Source: Phoronis australis (lineage: Eukaryota > Animalia > Phoronida). Taken from it: a stretch of 64,000 nucleotides of DNA. Of this stretch, positions 24,553-38,153 are shown piece by piece (position 1 is the stretch's first letter; each line of letters begins with the position of its first letter). The translations under genes were made by a program, and so were the position numbers. The notes beneath the pieces are model-generated. The model did no database searches. It was given only the letters and a program-made list of their open reading frames with translations, and was not told where the DNA came from. The stretch is from the NCBI GenBank assembly GCA_002633005.1, contig NMRA01000140.1, positions 807,005-871,004 of the forward strand, given 5' to 3'.

Positions 24553-25107
24553 ATGCGTGGCACCCTAAACACGACTCTCTGACTGTCAAACTTTTTGCAG
24601 GGACTTCATGTGCCATGTTCGTCGATCAGTGATTCAGGTTTTTGTGAGCGCAAGCTGTGTTTTGTGAATCTGCTCACCCTATTTGATGGTTGGTGAAGTG
24701 AATTTACTGGACCGTGTGTCGTATTTAAAGCGACATTAAACACGTTCCCTCTGTCAAAAACAAGTCTTAATTCAGGCCACTTTTCGTTATAAAACTGCTC
24801 TATGATAGTTTCTTTGTCAAATCGGAAGTTTCAACAGTATTGCAGTTCCTTATTTTTTCAAACCGAACTGAAAATTGTTTAGCTTGGTCTGAGGAAATGA
24901 CAATCTGTCGGTTGCTACCGAGCCCAAGAAACAAGATAATACTAATTTATTTGAACCTAAATCAAATTGTTGATAGAAAGCACGAGTTTAATACCGCTGT
25001 AAAAAACAAGCACTTTGTAGACGAGTAAGAAAGTCATGTTGTTTCTACACCCTGTTAACAGGACTTGAATGGTGTGCATCGTTATTGGTGTTTTATTGTT
25101 TTTTCAG

Positions 25108-25191
25108 ATGGGGAGGACGACTTTCCTCAGCGAAGACCAAAAATTGTCTACTATGATTACCGGTCCTGTCCCTAGCACGATGGATGTATAA
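25108..25191 (+). CDS. Candidate terminal coding exon of ASC-like paralogue A
   Basis: Strong acceptor ttttattgttttttcag|ATG. In phase 0 it reads MGRTTFLSEDQKLSTMITGPVPSTMDV*, similar in size to the last exon of paralogue B but with no sequence similarity. Joining it to 18622 is inference. Confidence 0.35.
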   Translation: MGRTTFLSEDQKLSTMITGPVPSTMDV

Positions 25192-25208
25192 CCAGCCTCT
25201 GGCTAGTG

Positions 25209-25710
25209 TTGAGAAGTGTGATACGAATTAAGCACATTAGCGACACATAGTGGCTGATAACGTCCTCTTGTAGTCAACACGTTATTGTACGCGCTCGCAT
25301 ATACGTATGTGGGTACATATTGTCGTCATCTCTGTCTGGGCGTACCCTGCTGCATCTGATAAACCCCTTGCAGGATCTTAATAAGATTTGACAGATGTGA
25401 TCCTATGAAGCTGACGACAAATGACGATGAGTTCAGGGCAGATCAGACTTCTAGTATGCTTCTTAGTGGCGATTTTCATGTTGTTACATTTTCCTCTGTT
25501 TCCTCCGAGTTCCTAACTGGATGTTCATGAAATTTGACATAATGATTTCTATTAAAGGGACGGCGAACCCTTCCTATTTTCAGATAGATTTGACATCTTT
25601 GCGTCAAAAAATGGCCATTTGACTGTCTTCAAGTCTGTTTTGGCGCCTGCGTCTCTATTGGAGAAACTGCTTGAAGGATCTCGATGTCAAGAAGATTACG
25701 GTATCATTGA
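25209..25710 (+). repeat. Segment B copy 1 (near-identical to 41567-42067)
   Basis: gatacgaattaagcacattagcgacacatagtggctgataacgtcctcttgtagtcaacacgttattgtac is identical in both copies, and high similarity continues for ~500 bp. Confidence 0.9.
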
Positions 25711-28700
25711 TTTTCGGAGGTGCCCTACTAATGTGGTGCCCTCTTGTGGCGCGACTTTGTCTCCTCAACCTCTGTTGGAAACTTCGTGAAATTTGACAAG
25801 TGTTTTCTCATGAATGTGACAACGGATGACGACGTTTTTGGATGGATCCGACTACCGCTGTGCCCCTATTGGCAAGTTTTGTTACGTTTCTCTTTGCATC
25901 TCGAGGGTTTCTTGACAGACGAGGGACGGCGACTGAGCTCCTCACATTTTCGGTCGGATTCGACATTCTGTACCACCTAGTGGCCAATTTTGATACTAAT
26001 AAACACCCCCTAGAACCATACCGTTTGCTTTGCGGTCTTTTTATATTGGGATGTTGTGCTTAGAGTCTTCTTTATGTTACGTCTTAGGTTTTATGTGTAA
26101 TTATTTGTTAACAAACAATGCTGCCAATGGTTCAAATGGGTTAATAGAATTAACGTGTACATTTTCTATGTAAACTCGGCGCTGATATCGTGTTGATCAC
26201 ATCACATCCCAGGCTGCAATTTTACTACTGTTTTTGTAATACTTAGGAACATCTAGAATATTTTTGAACAGACAAATATTTCCACGAATTAAATGAATCC
26301 AATAATGTTTCAATCTTCAAAATGTGACACACGATGACAAATTTTTGAAAAACAACGGTTCAACTTTCGGTGTGGATCCCTTTGTTTTGATTTCTAATGC
26401 GATGAGTTATCGGTAACGTTAATAAATCACATATAAGAAAAACCGCAGATTGAATGGGTTGTCGGGTCACTTCAACGGTTAGCCGAGCTAACTTTATTAA
26501 TCTCACTTGGAAATTTTGCTTTTTCGTTTTGAATATATTACACCGTAAAACTCTGGTGGCAAAGCGGCATTGGCAAGTATATTTTTATGAATTGTATTTC
26601 TATCTTATTGTGCTAAGTCAATTCTTAAATTCTCAGAGTGAACCATTATCCACTGATCTGGCTTTGGGCGTAGTCTTCGTAGTCATCTACAACATTATTA
26701 TCGATTGAGACTGGGTGAATTAATGTGGCGTTTTTTTAGCCAGTCCGAGAGCACGTGGCTATGCAAATTTTCAATTTAGTGGCGATTTTTGTCTCAGAAC
26801 AGCAAATCGTTAATGCAAAGACATGCGCCCAACACACTGAGAGGCATCGTCTTCGATTTGAGCTTTGGTTACTAGCCTTGGCACGTGACACCGTGGGAGT
26901 TTTGAAGGTTTCATGTACGTAAGGACCTAGAAAGTATTAAAATTTGGTTAACTTTGGAACACCGTTATCTCATGACTTGGTTGGTCAAACTTAAATGAAA
27001 CATTCAGACTCTATGTTTTATGCAATAACTCCAAAATGCTGCTAGGATTTTTTTCCAAAATGTTCCACTTCTCATGAAGGCTAACCAAAAATATTACTGA
27101 TATGATCCTCGTGAAAAGTCCCGTTGCAACGATATGATAGTTTAGAAAACTACTTCAACTTTTTTTGTGATTTCATATTGAACATTTATGTCAGTTAAAG
27201 TTTTTCCATGTTACTGATACCGTCGTACCGCTGTCAATGTACCTTATTTATTTTGCTAAATTGTACTAAAAATGGCCATATGGCCCAGTTAGTTGCAGGT
27301 TATTAAACAGCCAAAAATTCTATTCTACAAGATTTCTACTTTCAGAAAATATACACTTGTTCTGCGTTAAAATTTCTTAGATATTCCCTAAGTACACAAA
27401 CTCATCTACAAGGTCCTAGGTGATATTTAGTTCTTCTTTTTAAAGCATGATTATAAACCTGTGGCCAACAATGTGTGTTAGACAGAAAATCATTTGCCAA
27501 TTGCTCCACTGTGTAAGAATTGTAGGTGGACGTGAGGTAATATGCCCCATCTCGCTTGGCTTGATGAGCTCTTCCGTCGCTCGTTACTCTGGGATTGGGC
27601 GATATTAAACTTCCACCGACCCGCAAGTGTTGTGCAGGGACGTAGCTAGACATTATGTGTTCAAGAAGCGCAAACCACGTCACAAAATTTGATGTTGACA
27701 ACATTGTTGGCCCTTTTGTGGTTATCGAGGTTCACTTTTGCTATGATATGATATGAAACCAAGGGTCATTATGTGTCTAAAATTGGCCGACATTGACTTG
27801 TTATGTAATACATAATTACAGTAAAAGCACCGATGCAGAAATTAAACATTTTTATTAGTTCCATACTGTGACTTGTTTTTTTTTTTGTTTTTTTTTACAA
27901 ACACAGGCGTCCACCTTTGAGGTTGGCGAAGTTTGTCACAGCTCGGTCTAAATCGGTGCTGTTGTCCTTGTGAATGTGTAACAGTGCTATCTATGACAGC
28001 TGAAAGTCCGATGTTGTGTTTCTCAGAGCAGCTTGCAGTATGGTGTAAATCATTCACAGGACAGTTTTGAAAATTTTAATTACATTAAAAACCTACGTTG
28101 TACGTGTGTATTTCTCTGATAGCAATACCCCGGATTTTCAAATGCAATAGTTGGCCGCTGAAGTCAATTTTCTCAACTAAAAATGTGTGTCTAAAGGAGG
28201 TCCCGATGACTACACAAAATCAAAGAACTCTAGCCCTGGAATGCCAACATCGAGCTCGCGCTACTGAGGCTGCGCCGCACATGCGTGGGATTTGTTTGCA
28301 TTCGTTTGTACCGTATTGGTTCTTGCGGTGGAATTAATTGTATTAACACCTTTCGCGACTTCGCCGTTCTTCTACCAAATTGCATAAGAGTCATATCATT
28401 AGAAAGCCCTTTATCGGTTCTTGATGGAGTATGATAACACCAGAAGCAAAAGGAGACTAAATTAATTCTTAAGTTTTTATCATTTCACATAAAAAATATT
28501 TTTTATTTCTAAAAATCAAGATTGTTACCAAAACGCGAAAAGTCCCAGGATGTATTAGTAACTTGGATAAGAGCAACGCGGAGTGTTGAAATGCAACCAC
28601 GGGTGCACCGTAAGTAGCGTGCTTCTAGGGGTGTTTATTTATTTCACAGAAATGGCCACTAGATGACACAAATATGTCGAATCCATCCGGAAACAGGAAC

Positions 28701-29384
28701 TTGTTATCATATCTTTAATAGAAAGCTATTTACCAAATATCGTAAAAATCAGAGAAAACGGTAAAAAAGAAATTGCCATTAGGGGGCTATGGTCGCAAAA
28801 AGATATATAACTGCCGCTAGAAGGCGTCGAAGTCGTCGGAAAATCATCGCCAACCGTCCTCTTCACGCTAAGAACATATACGCCAATATTCACAATCATC
28901 CTTAGAGTGATTTTATTCATAGAGGGGCAGACGCAAAAACAGACTAAAAAACAGTAAAAATGGTCACTATCGCTTAACCACCCAAAATGTCTTGCTGAAT
29001 AAGTCTTCGAAAGTGTTTTAAGATTGGAGCTGAAAAGATATCAGAAGCCCTACTATTCAGTTCCCAGCATCCAGCCAGAACTACAACTCCCTATGTATAA
29101 AGAATGACCCACAATGACCAATGCAGCTGTCAGGTTTATTGACTAAATTTGCCGAGAAATCGAAGGTTGTCTGGAACCGTACCTAAAGAGTCTCGCTTGA
29201 TGAACAAAAATAACGAAATGAAAATAAAGCAATGAAATTAGATTTGATTTGATAACTATAAAATTCGATCAAAACTTAGTCGATCAGACAGCCGGTAAAT
29301 TCACAGTGCAAACTATCGCAGGGTTGCAAGCTCCAACAAAAGAATACATGCTGGGTCCGTTCGGGAGTTGACATTCCTGGCGTG

Positions 29385-29512
29385 CGTTCAGTAGCGCTAG
29401 GACCTAGCTGAAATCTAGCCAGAATCACATGTTCTCATTGAAAGTACACGGCAATATCGCATGTAATCTCGCAAAGTCTTGCCGTTTAGCGAGGTCCTAG
29501 CGTTACTGAACG
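29385..29512. mobile_element. MITE, copy 2
   Basis: TIRs cgttcagtagcgctaggacct / aggtcctagcgttactgaacg; same internal sequence as 16490-16631. Confidence 0.75.
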
Positions 29513-31139
29513 GGAGGCAGGTCTAGAGTTCTATGATAAGATGTGACCTCGTCAGTGCAGGCCATGCATTCACGTGATATCGCATGTTTCTTTGGCTCCC
29601 TGTGTCGTTGAAATTTGTCAGTCTCGTAGTAATGAAACACGTGCCCTGTTTTAGAATTTATTTGAGCGGGTAGTGCTCGAAAGAATATGTTGAACAGTCT
29701 TGAAAAATTAGAAGCGCGAACTAAGATAAATCCAAAATGTTTTGTTTGCCACAACGTATTTTTAATGACGACAAGTGGCCTTTTAAAATGTTGCATTGCT
29801 GCATAAAATATCGAAATCTGTATTTCATGACGTTTGTATGATCTTGTTCTATTGAGTATTTTTAACGATTTATGTGGCACAATGTTTCGTTTGTTTCTAA
29901 AATATTTGTGTTGAAATAAAATCTTTGACTTTGTGATAATAGCTTTCAGCTATTAACTCCTCGTGTAGGGAGCTGCTAGTTCAAAAACTCATTTAGAGAA
30001 GACTTCTTGAAGTATGCTTTGACACACCAACTAGAGAATTTCCTTCTCGAAATCCAGCAATGCCCTGCCAAATCATACTCTTTCCAAACTTTTTCTTGAC
30101 GTTGCGAACGGAATTTGAGTTTCCATGACAACGGTTTATTTACAGTTATCACTTATTTTAAGGGCTATCGCTACCCGGTCAATAACCCAGCGACCAATAC
30201 GTGTACATGCATGCAATAAACTGCAGTGAGAAATCAAAAGGTGCCATTTCTTAATCTATCATGCAGTAAGAACTTATAAAAGGCGAGCGATGGCGGTTCT
30301 AAATTTGATATCATATCAGAATATAATTGGTCGTCACAAATAGAATCTGAAAATAGGTTAGATAATTGATCTGTACCTGGGCCTTTATGATCAACCGTTC
30401 ATGTGGAAATGCGGGATCATTTCAAATGCCTCCGTTCAATGTAGAAGTCCTTGTTCTTGTAATTATCTGTGTGTTTGTAGCTGCTTATCAATCAAAATAA
30501 GCTTTGAATACGCTTTTTAAAGGAATGAAGCTATCGCTATCAACAGAGAACGTTGTTTACACATTTTCTTCTCGTTGCCCTGGCTGTTGCGCGTGTGTTT
30601 CTGTCTGCATTGTTTCCTAATTGTTATCAAAAAGTGAGGGAGAGGCTGTACAAAACAATAAAACAGTTGATAGAATTGAGTAGTGAATTTGGAACATCAT
30701 ATCTCGTAAATGGTGGATCAGATTCACATGACACTATTAGACAGTGTGCTTTGGGCATTTTTCTCTGAAAAAAACGGTGTTAGAAACTAATTTCAAAATA
30801 TATCATTTTTGCATAAAAAGATAGCAAAGCATAGACTTATGATTTTCATAAAAAATCAAAGGCTACATAAAACGATGATATGATAATTCAGAAACGGTAA
30901 CAGCGTTTTTGAAATTTTGTGTTAGACGTCATTATTAAACGAAATTTGATCGTGTTGTTAATCCCGTCGTTCGGCAATGAATGTACGTTTCTTTTTTACT
31001 TAAATTTACTAGAAAGATATGAAAATTAGTACAAATTCAATAATCACATTCTACATGCTTTCTATTTGGAGAAAATATGCAATTTTACTCCGTTAAAATC
31101 TATGGTTTTATAGACACTTGACTAATTACACACACTTGT

Positions 31140-31883
31140 GAATAAGGTCTTACATAACCGGCTTACGCAGTCGGCTGTTTTATAAAACTGGCATTTTGAC
31201 AGTACGCACTCCAGAGGATCGCTTCTTAAAAATTGTCTAAGTTAAGACCGAAATTTCGGCCAATTTAAGATCGAAAACGAGCGTCTATAAAAGATCGTTT
31301 CATAAACGCAATGCTGGTTTTTGATCTTGGGTCTTAGGAATTAAGTCGGTTTTTAACATAAGTGAGCAAACTACGTTTTCGTCACGTTTTGTGAATACAC
31401 AATACTAAACAGGAATACTAAACACGGTTTCAAAAACAGTCTTGGTCTTGAGATTCGAAAATGGAGATTTGCTTACATTTTTGTATAATTGGCACCTCGT
31501 TTTTTTTTGAAAAGCTGCTGGTAAGGTTAGAAAATATCATTTCTCACGCGGCGGTAAGTTGGACTTCACTGCTCTATAGTCGGTTCTCGAACCGAAAGCA
31601 GACGATCGTCAACTTGACATTGTTTAAAGACATTAGCTTGTGAAAAATATCAACGACATTCTTGTTCCACAACCGTTTCCAGTTCTGATAGTCGTAAGTC
31701 TTGGTCGTTTTAACACAAAAATCCATTCTTAAGCCTACCACGTAGCAGGATAACTTTCGGTCTTAGCTCAGACCGATTTCGGTCTTAATTTTGGTCGTAT
31801 GAAATTGCATGAAACGGGGCTAAGACATTTAGCCCGACTTTGGTCTTAGTTAAGACAGAAATAGTCTCATCAAACAGGCCCCT
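31140..31883. mobile_element. Non-autonomous DNA element with repeated ttaagacc/ggtcttaa motifs
   Basis: Many internal inverted ttaagac/gtcttaa motifs, ending in aaacaggcccc. Boundaries are approximate. Confidence 0.4.
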
Positions 31884-32571
31884 GGGACAATTTTAAAAAC
31901 GTAGATATAGGTGACTTGACTCACACCACCTCAAGTCTACATGCTAATTTGCAGGACCCATAGGCCATGTTAGTTATTTTTTTTGCTTCCAATTTTTAGT
32001 GTGCCTGTTGACTCGAATTTAACAATCACAGTAGACCAATGAAAGCGTTTTTTGCGCCAATGGCGAAGGGTTCGCTCCTAAAATTATCCCTGGCACTCCT
32101 TGACACTTTTCTTTCCCTCTGGAAGTACCGCATCCGCATCCTGGAGAGTTCTATACCTGGTGAAGACCTCGATCAAGGCATTTTAACACAAATACATAGT
32201 AAAATATTTGTGTAGTTCTGTTATTAAACAGCTAAAAACAAATGGTTTTGCGTTGTCTTACATACGTTAAACTAATTATATTATGAAAATATTAGATTAT
32301 CAGTCTTTCTTAATCTAATATCATTATTTAATATGCAATCCAATTAATTTAAAAATATTAATTGTATCAAAATGCAGCATGACCACTATGTTTTGTAGCT
32401 CATGTCAAAGGGACGTTCATCGTCTTTACGGCCGAAATTCGCAATTTTGGAGTTATTGCTCAATGGAATAGACTTTGAAGTTATTAACTTTGACCAGAGC
32501 TATAAAACAATAAAGTTTGTTGAGCTTATGTGAATTTATTACAAATTCGACAGACATTCGTTCAACGCTAC

Positions 32572-32670
32572 GGTAGTATTTAGCCCGGTCAGCAGGGGGT
32601 TTGACTGCGACCGCGAGGAACCTAGGTTTGACTCCGCACTGGGACTGATCTAAAAAACTAAAAAAAAAAC
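32572..32670 (+). mobile_element. tRNA-derived SINE head or tRNA pseudogene
   Basis: A-box-like tagcccggtcagcagg and B-box-like ggtttgactcc (32625-32635), followed by an A-rich tail. It does not form a clean cloverleaf. Confidence 0.45.
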
Positions 32671-33535
32671 ACCTTTCTCATCAATGATGCCACATTGAAT
32701 GCAGCGGGTGGCTGTCACTGCTCAGTATGGCGACTATATTTTACGGTGGAGATTAGTGACTCATCAGAGATGAAAATTAGAGAGATCTGGGTCAAACAGT
32801 ATATTTCAGGAAACGAATTTTATTCATTCAAGCAAAGTTACATACTCTCACCACACAAACATACATTTTTTTCAATAAAACAGCAGCAAAATTGCCTATG
32901 TACAAAAAAGTATAGTACATTGTTAAAACATACAAAAATATATGTATATATAAAATACGTCTATTCACAGCTCAAAAGTCTGTGATCTGACCTTTCGGTC
33001 CCTCGCCATTCCTGATGACGTCACCAAGTCTTGAAAATATATGGAATTCCAGCCGATCTGTAGATGACCGAGGAAAAACATCTAAATTTAGAAAATACTA
33101 CAGTCGTCGAACGTGACACCATCACCTGTCGACCGCCTCCCGATACCCCCCTATAGCGCGATTTCACAATAATTTTGACAAATTGCTTGTACATAATAAA
33201 CGTCAAGACCGTCACAAGCCAATTAAACGATTATGTCTCCAATCAATTTTCAATAGTACGTTTCGCTCATTCTCTGATATAAATCAATTTACTGTTAGTT
33301 CACTTACGGCATGGAAGTATTAGTTAAAATAAGCACCATGTTGTTGCACAACGAGTTTCTGGCGTTGTGCTTACATCAGAGAACAACTATCAGAAATAAT
33401 TATTGGCATGGAGGTTAAAGGGCATTAACATAATGCCCGCACGTGCAAGTATTCGTACTGCAAATGGCATAACTTCGAGTAAGGCCAAGCGAATTTGCAG
33501 AGTAAACTTTAACATCTTGAAATTCATCGACAATC

Positions 33536-33796
33536 ATGCACGCACCCAGCCTTAAAAATTGGAGGGCTCGAATTTTTGAGAAATGTGGACCTTTGACTAA
33601 GATTCACGGGGTATGTTCAGAGATATGAATTGCGCATTCGCCGACTTTTGGTAGTTCCTATTTTTCAGGGGACTTTTGTCGCATTTTCTACTCTTTTCGG
33701 AGTTTTTGTTTCTGTGAGGCGGATATTTTTGCCTCCTTTGCCAAATGGGGAGGATAGTCAGAGTCCCCCCCCCGAGCTCCTCTGGGTGCGTGCATA
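33536..33796. mobile_element. MITE; related partial copy at ~1133-1360
   Basis: TIRs atgcacgcacccag / ctgggtgcgtgcat. The copy near 1133 begins catgcgcgcacccagcctgaaaaat and shares ggagttttgtttctctgaggcgga. Confidence 0.65.
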
Positions 33797-34548
33797 ACAA
33801 TGGTTTTTTGCCGTGGCTGACGTACATGTAATTATTACATTTACAACAAGCAATACTGCACCTCGCAACAAATATTTTGACGATTCGCAAATTACTTTCA
33901 AATGTCAAAAGTGACAAAAACCTGAAAATCGACAGAGTACACAATTAATTGTGCTTAACAGCAACCGCAGGCCTAATCCTCAACTTATATCTTTTCATTA
34001 TGTCACTCCAAGGAGTTGACATTCTTAGAAGACACCAGCCAGGGTTGTGTATTTAATCCTTCCTATCACATAATTACATAATTGTCTTGTTTTGACATGA
34101 CATCCAAAAGGCTAATGATAATAACAACCCACGTTCGGGCTTCCATGGATCCACCTCTATTTGACCAGTATAAGGCAATTTAAGTCATACCATCAATACA
34201 TAGGTGAGGAACGGCAATTATAACACCAGTATACGAAAATATTGAATTGCATGTGTAAATTATCTGATCTATGAATGAACAAGAAATTGCACAAACAATG
34301 ATAAGTGGAGCGATTGGTAATCTTGTAGCCGTGTAAACGCAAATCCTCCTGAACACATGTGGGTGATTTAAGCCATTGCAACATTCATTAAGTAAGATTG
34401 CATGAAGACAAATTATGGAAATCATAAATATAAATTTGTCAATTGTCAACATTTTCTCCAAGAAGCAAAGTTTTTTGTGTCCCTAGGTTGGGTCTTACGT
34501 CCGCTTTGCGGTGATTCTTTGGTCGTCTGGTGATGGTCGAGCATTGTT

Positions 34549-36088
34549 TCACAAGTCGAGTTCAATATCGGAAAATGATATTCCGGCAGTTATATCGTCT
34601 ATACCCATGTTTGTCCAATAAGTATCCTGAAAAACGATAACTTTCAGATTCACGCACGGACAACTTTCTTTAAGAGATAACCAATAATTTTTAATGAGTG
34701 AAATCAGGTAATAAATATCAACAGTTCTTAAATTATGAACTGGTTTACACTTACAATCTTCAATAGAATATATTAGAAGTTGATTTCTGCAACAGCTCAA
34801 ATTTTAATGTATGAGATTAAGAACAAACGAAATAAAATTTCATCAAATAATCTTCTCATATTCTTATAATATTTTTTCAGAACCTCTAGCAAGAGTCCTT
34901 GCACATGCTATATTAATGGGATTTTTCAATCATTTTCGATATGTCAATTTTTAGTTCAATAGTCAATGTTGTAATAAAGAAACACCAAAAATAGCATGAC
35001 AAATAACCGAAAATGTAAACTGTCAATTCCCGATAAATGTTTCGCGTGTTGTACTAACTAATACAACAAATTACAAATAATTTTAGGGTTATATACTATT
35101 TGCTAGAATAATGGCCTTTAAATATTCGCACAGATTTTTCATTTCACCGTGTAAACTATTTCACAGGTATTTTACGTTCGAATTTATAATTAAATACGAA
35201 TAATTAATTTGATAATTTCAAGGAAAATAATTCTTATTTTAGAATTTACATTTGTGACGGTTTTAAAAACAGCTTGGCTAGTTATTTCCATTATTACCTG
35301 TTTTTCAACATCTTGGAGTTTTCAATAAAAAAATAAATAGAAAATAAGATCAATTCAGCACTCACCAGCAAGTCGCCAACCGATTGCTGCGGTGGTTCTT
35401 TTTCTGGACTTGGCCAAGTGGCGTGGATAGCTGGAAACGTAGGCATCGTCTCCGACACCGGGCTCGGTATTTCTGGAGGCGTACTGGAACAAGTTACGTA
35501 GCGGCTTTGGTAGACATTCTCTGGTAGTTTAGGATGGTTGCCGTAGACCATTGGATTGTTATTTTGGTAAAACTCTTGGCCATCATGTTCGTTTGAAATA
35601 CCCAGGATAATATGGAGTTGTTGAATGTAGTCTATTGCGCCGCGGAGAATGCTTGCTTTCGACAAGCGCTGAGGAGCCCCTCTCGTGCGCATAGTTGGAA
35701 CAGTTTCTTGTAAAACGTGAAAGGCATCATTGACTGCTTCAACGCGGCGCCTTTCCCGTGCATTTCTCTTGACCACAAATTCATGGGGTCTTTGACTGTG
35801 CGGAATGTGTACACGTCGTCGGCTTGATTTTTTGGGTTGCTGGCTTGGTGGACCCGAAGTGTATGGCGTCTTGTTAGTGCACAGATCGAGCGCTGGTTCT
35901 TGCTTTATCATGATAGGCTGGGGCCAAGTGTCAGCCGGGGTCTGGCCGTCACAAAAACTGTTCCCTGGGCTTGGCACGGGTGATGAACACGAACTGGTTC
36001 CAGACGAGAGTGAACCGTCTGTAAACCCCGGCGATAGCTGGTTGTCAAAACAGTTGAACTTCAAGTTCAAATTGATCCAGTTGGACAT
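34549..36088 (-). CDS. Achaete-scute-like bHLH transcription factor, paralogue B, 2 coding exons, 266 aa
   Basis: Exon 36088-35366 (ATG of MSNWINL; donor CTG|GTGAGT) and exon 34626-34549 (tttttcag|DTYWTNMGIDDITAGISFSDIELDL*). bHLH: RRRVHIPHSQRPHEFVVKRNARERRRVEAVNDAFHVLQETVPTMRT...RLSKASILRGAIDYIQQL. Ser/Pro-rich flanks; CCAAT motifs at 36181 and 36203. Confidence 0.9.
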
Positions 36089-37644
36089 TCTGTGAAAATT
36101 TTCGGGGAATACGGCTCGCGAAATAAGTACAGGTTGCAAGGATGGCTATGTCGCCGAATCGACCTGTTGCACACTTATGAATTGGTTGGCTCGTGCTATC
36201 AACCAATCAGAAGACGAGCTGTCGCGTGCCGAGGAGATCAACACGCGTGGGCATTATCTAGCGAATTTTGAATGGGAGGATTAACTGGCTGGCTCCCCGG
36301 CACGGGCCATCGTTTTTGTAAACTAATTATGACAGCGGGATGAGGGGACGCCTGACGTAACAATGGTTTGACATGGATACCTGAGCTAGTCACATGCCGT
36401 GTTTCAGTCAAACGGTTTACATTGAAATTCAATTCCAGCATTTGTCTGTGTCAAGTCCCAACTGACGGTAATCGCTGTTACACGAGTCTGTTTGGGTACA
36501 GGTGTATTTTTGTCCAATGTAAGCGCTTTTGTAGAAACATAATGCATGCGCCTATTTATTCTAATAATACTATTTTGAAATGGTATCTAAATGACGCCTA
36601 TCACACCACCCGCTTGGCATTTACTGTTAATTTTAAAGCGTCTACAAACCTGCCACTTCCGCTATCAGAGCAATGTGTGATTTAGACCACTTCGCGTTGG
36701 GAAATTAGTCTCAAGTTTCTTTAATCAAAACAGGTGAGCATTCTGGGTTTGTAAAGATATGACACTTCATTGCTGCTTGAGACCAGGCTCTACAAGTTGG
36801 TTTGTCACCGTGTGTTAATTAAATTGACCATCATGGTCTCGAGAAATAACGAACTTCTGAGAGAGTGAGGGATAAATTAAGACCGATTTTATAGATGAAA
36901 ATGGTCTAAATCAAAGCCTAGTTTTTTTACGGTACGCGGGTTTATTGCCATTTTAAACTTTGCACGTGGATAGTGTCCTTTCAAATTCATAACCCGCATG
37001 TTCAGAGCATAGAAAGTCTGCCTGAGCGTGCTACTTTAAATAAGTATTACAGTCAGACTGGAAAAGGTAAAAACTTCGCGGAACACAATTCGGCCAACGT
37101 TTTTGGAGTAATTCAAAACCTTACTCTGGCAGTGACAAAGCCCTATGAAGCAAGCGATAATATGTATGCTTCCCACCATGTAAGTGGGTCGATGTGCGTA
37201 GTCAGTTCGCAATACTTACGGACCATTCTGTATTCTCTACAACCCCTCCAGGACCTGTTTCTCGAGGAGTCTACCAGGGCTTTTGATGGATTGACCCGTT
37301 TCGAACGAAAATTCTCCTGTCCAGTGGAAATGTTCAGTACCAGTCCCGATGATTGCAGTCTGAATAGAACGATTCAGTCGTTCATGCGCAGTGGCGCATG
37401 AGCCACAAATTCCTGGTGTTGTGGCGTTGGCATTTGCGGTGCCACTCTGATCATAAGAGCGCAGGGTGAGTGCATTCGACGGGTAATTATTTACAAGGGA
37501 GAGTATTACGAAATATCTGTAAAGTTCTCCTGACTATTCCAGGGCTGTCAGTCTCATTATCGTATCTGGGGGTTTTAAGCCCCTACGCCTATGTAGGAAA
37601 TAATGCGTTTTTTCTAAACGAAAAATTATTTTACTCAAATGTTT

Positions 37645-38153
37645 CACGTTTAGGCACGTGCGCCTAAGTTCCGCTTATAGGCGCAGGTATGTATCCTTTG
37701 AGCATATGCATACCTTGCTGTGGCATGATAGCTAACAGCAGTCTAGTTCAGCAACTAAATGGTACAAAACCTGTTTTTCTGTTAAAATGTTCGCAAAGGA
37801 TTACCAAAACTAGTACAGATTTTTATTGAACTAAACCTGAATATCGTATAAGGTTTGGAAGGGAATTAAAGAAGTGCTTGATTAAAACTTAAAATTTAAA
37901 ACATTTTGTTAACCTTTTCAGTAAAATCAACGAAAATGCCAACATATTTAAAAAACGAAATAAGTGATTAAAGTTAAGCTGCAAACTAAATATGTAGGGA
38001 TATTGTGCGAGTCTAGTGTATCATTAGCTAGGTTTTTCAATGCAATCTTTGATCCAAATAGCAGAGCATTATTTTCCTAATATAGGCGCATGTGCCTAAT
38101 TCCTAATATAGGCGCAGCTTCAAATATAGGCCCATGGGTCCATATACGCGGTA
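37645..38153. mobile_element. MITE-like element with taggcgca/tgcgccta inverted motifs
   Basis: ttaggcacgtgcgccta (37650) pairs with taggcgcatgtgcctaa (38083). Related motifs occur at ~15825-16000. Confidence 0.5.

Noticed and set aside
32572-32650. Functional tRNA gene
   Set aside because: Acceptor and D stems do not pair properly; better explained as a SINE head or pseudogene.
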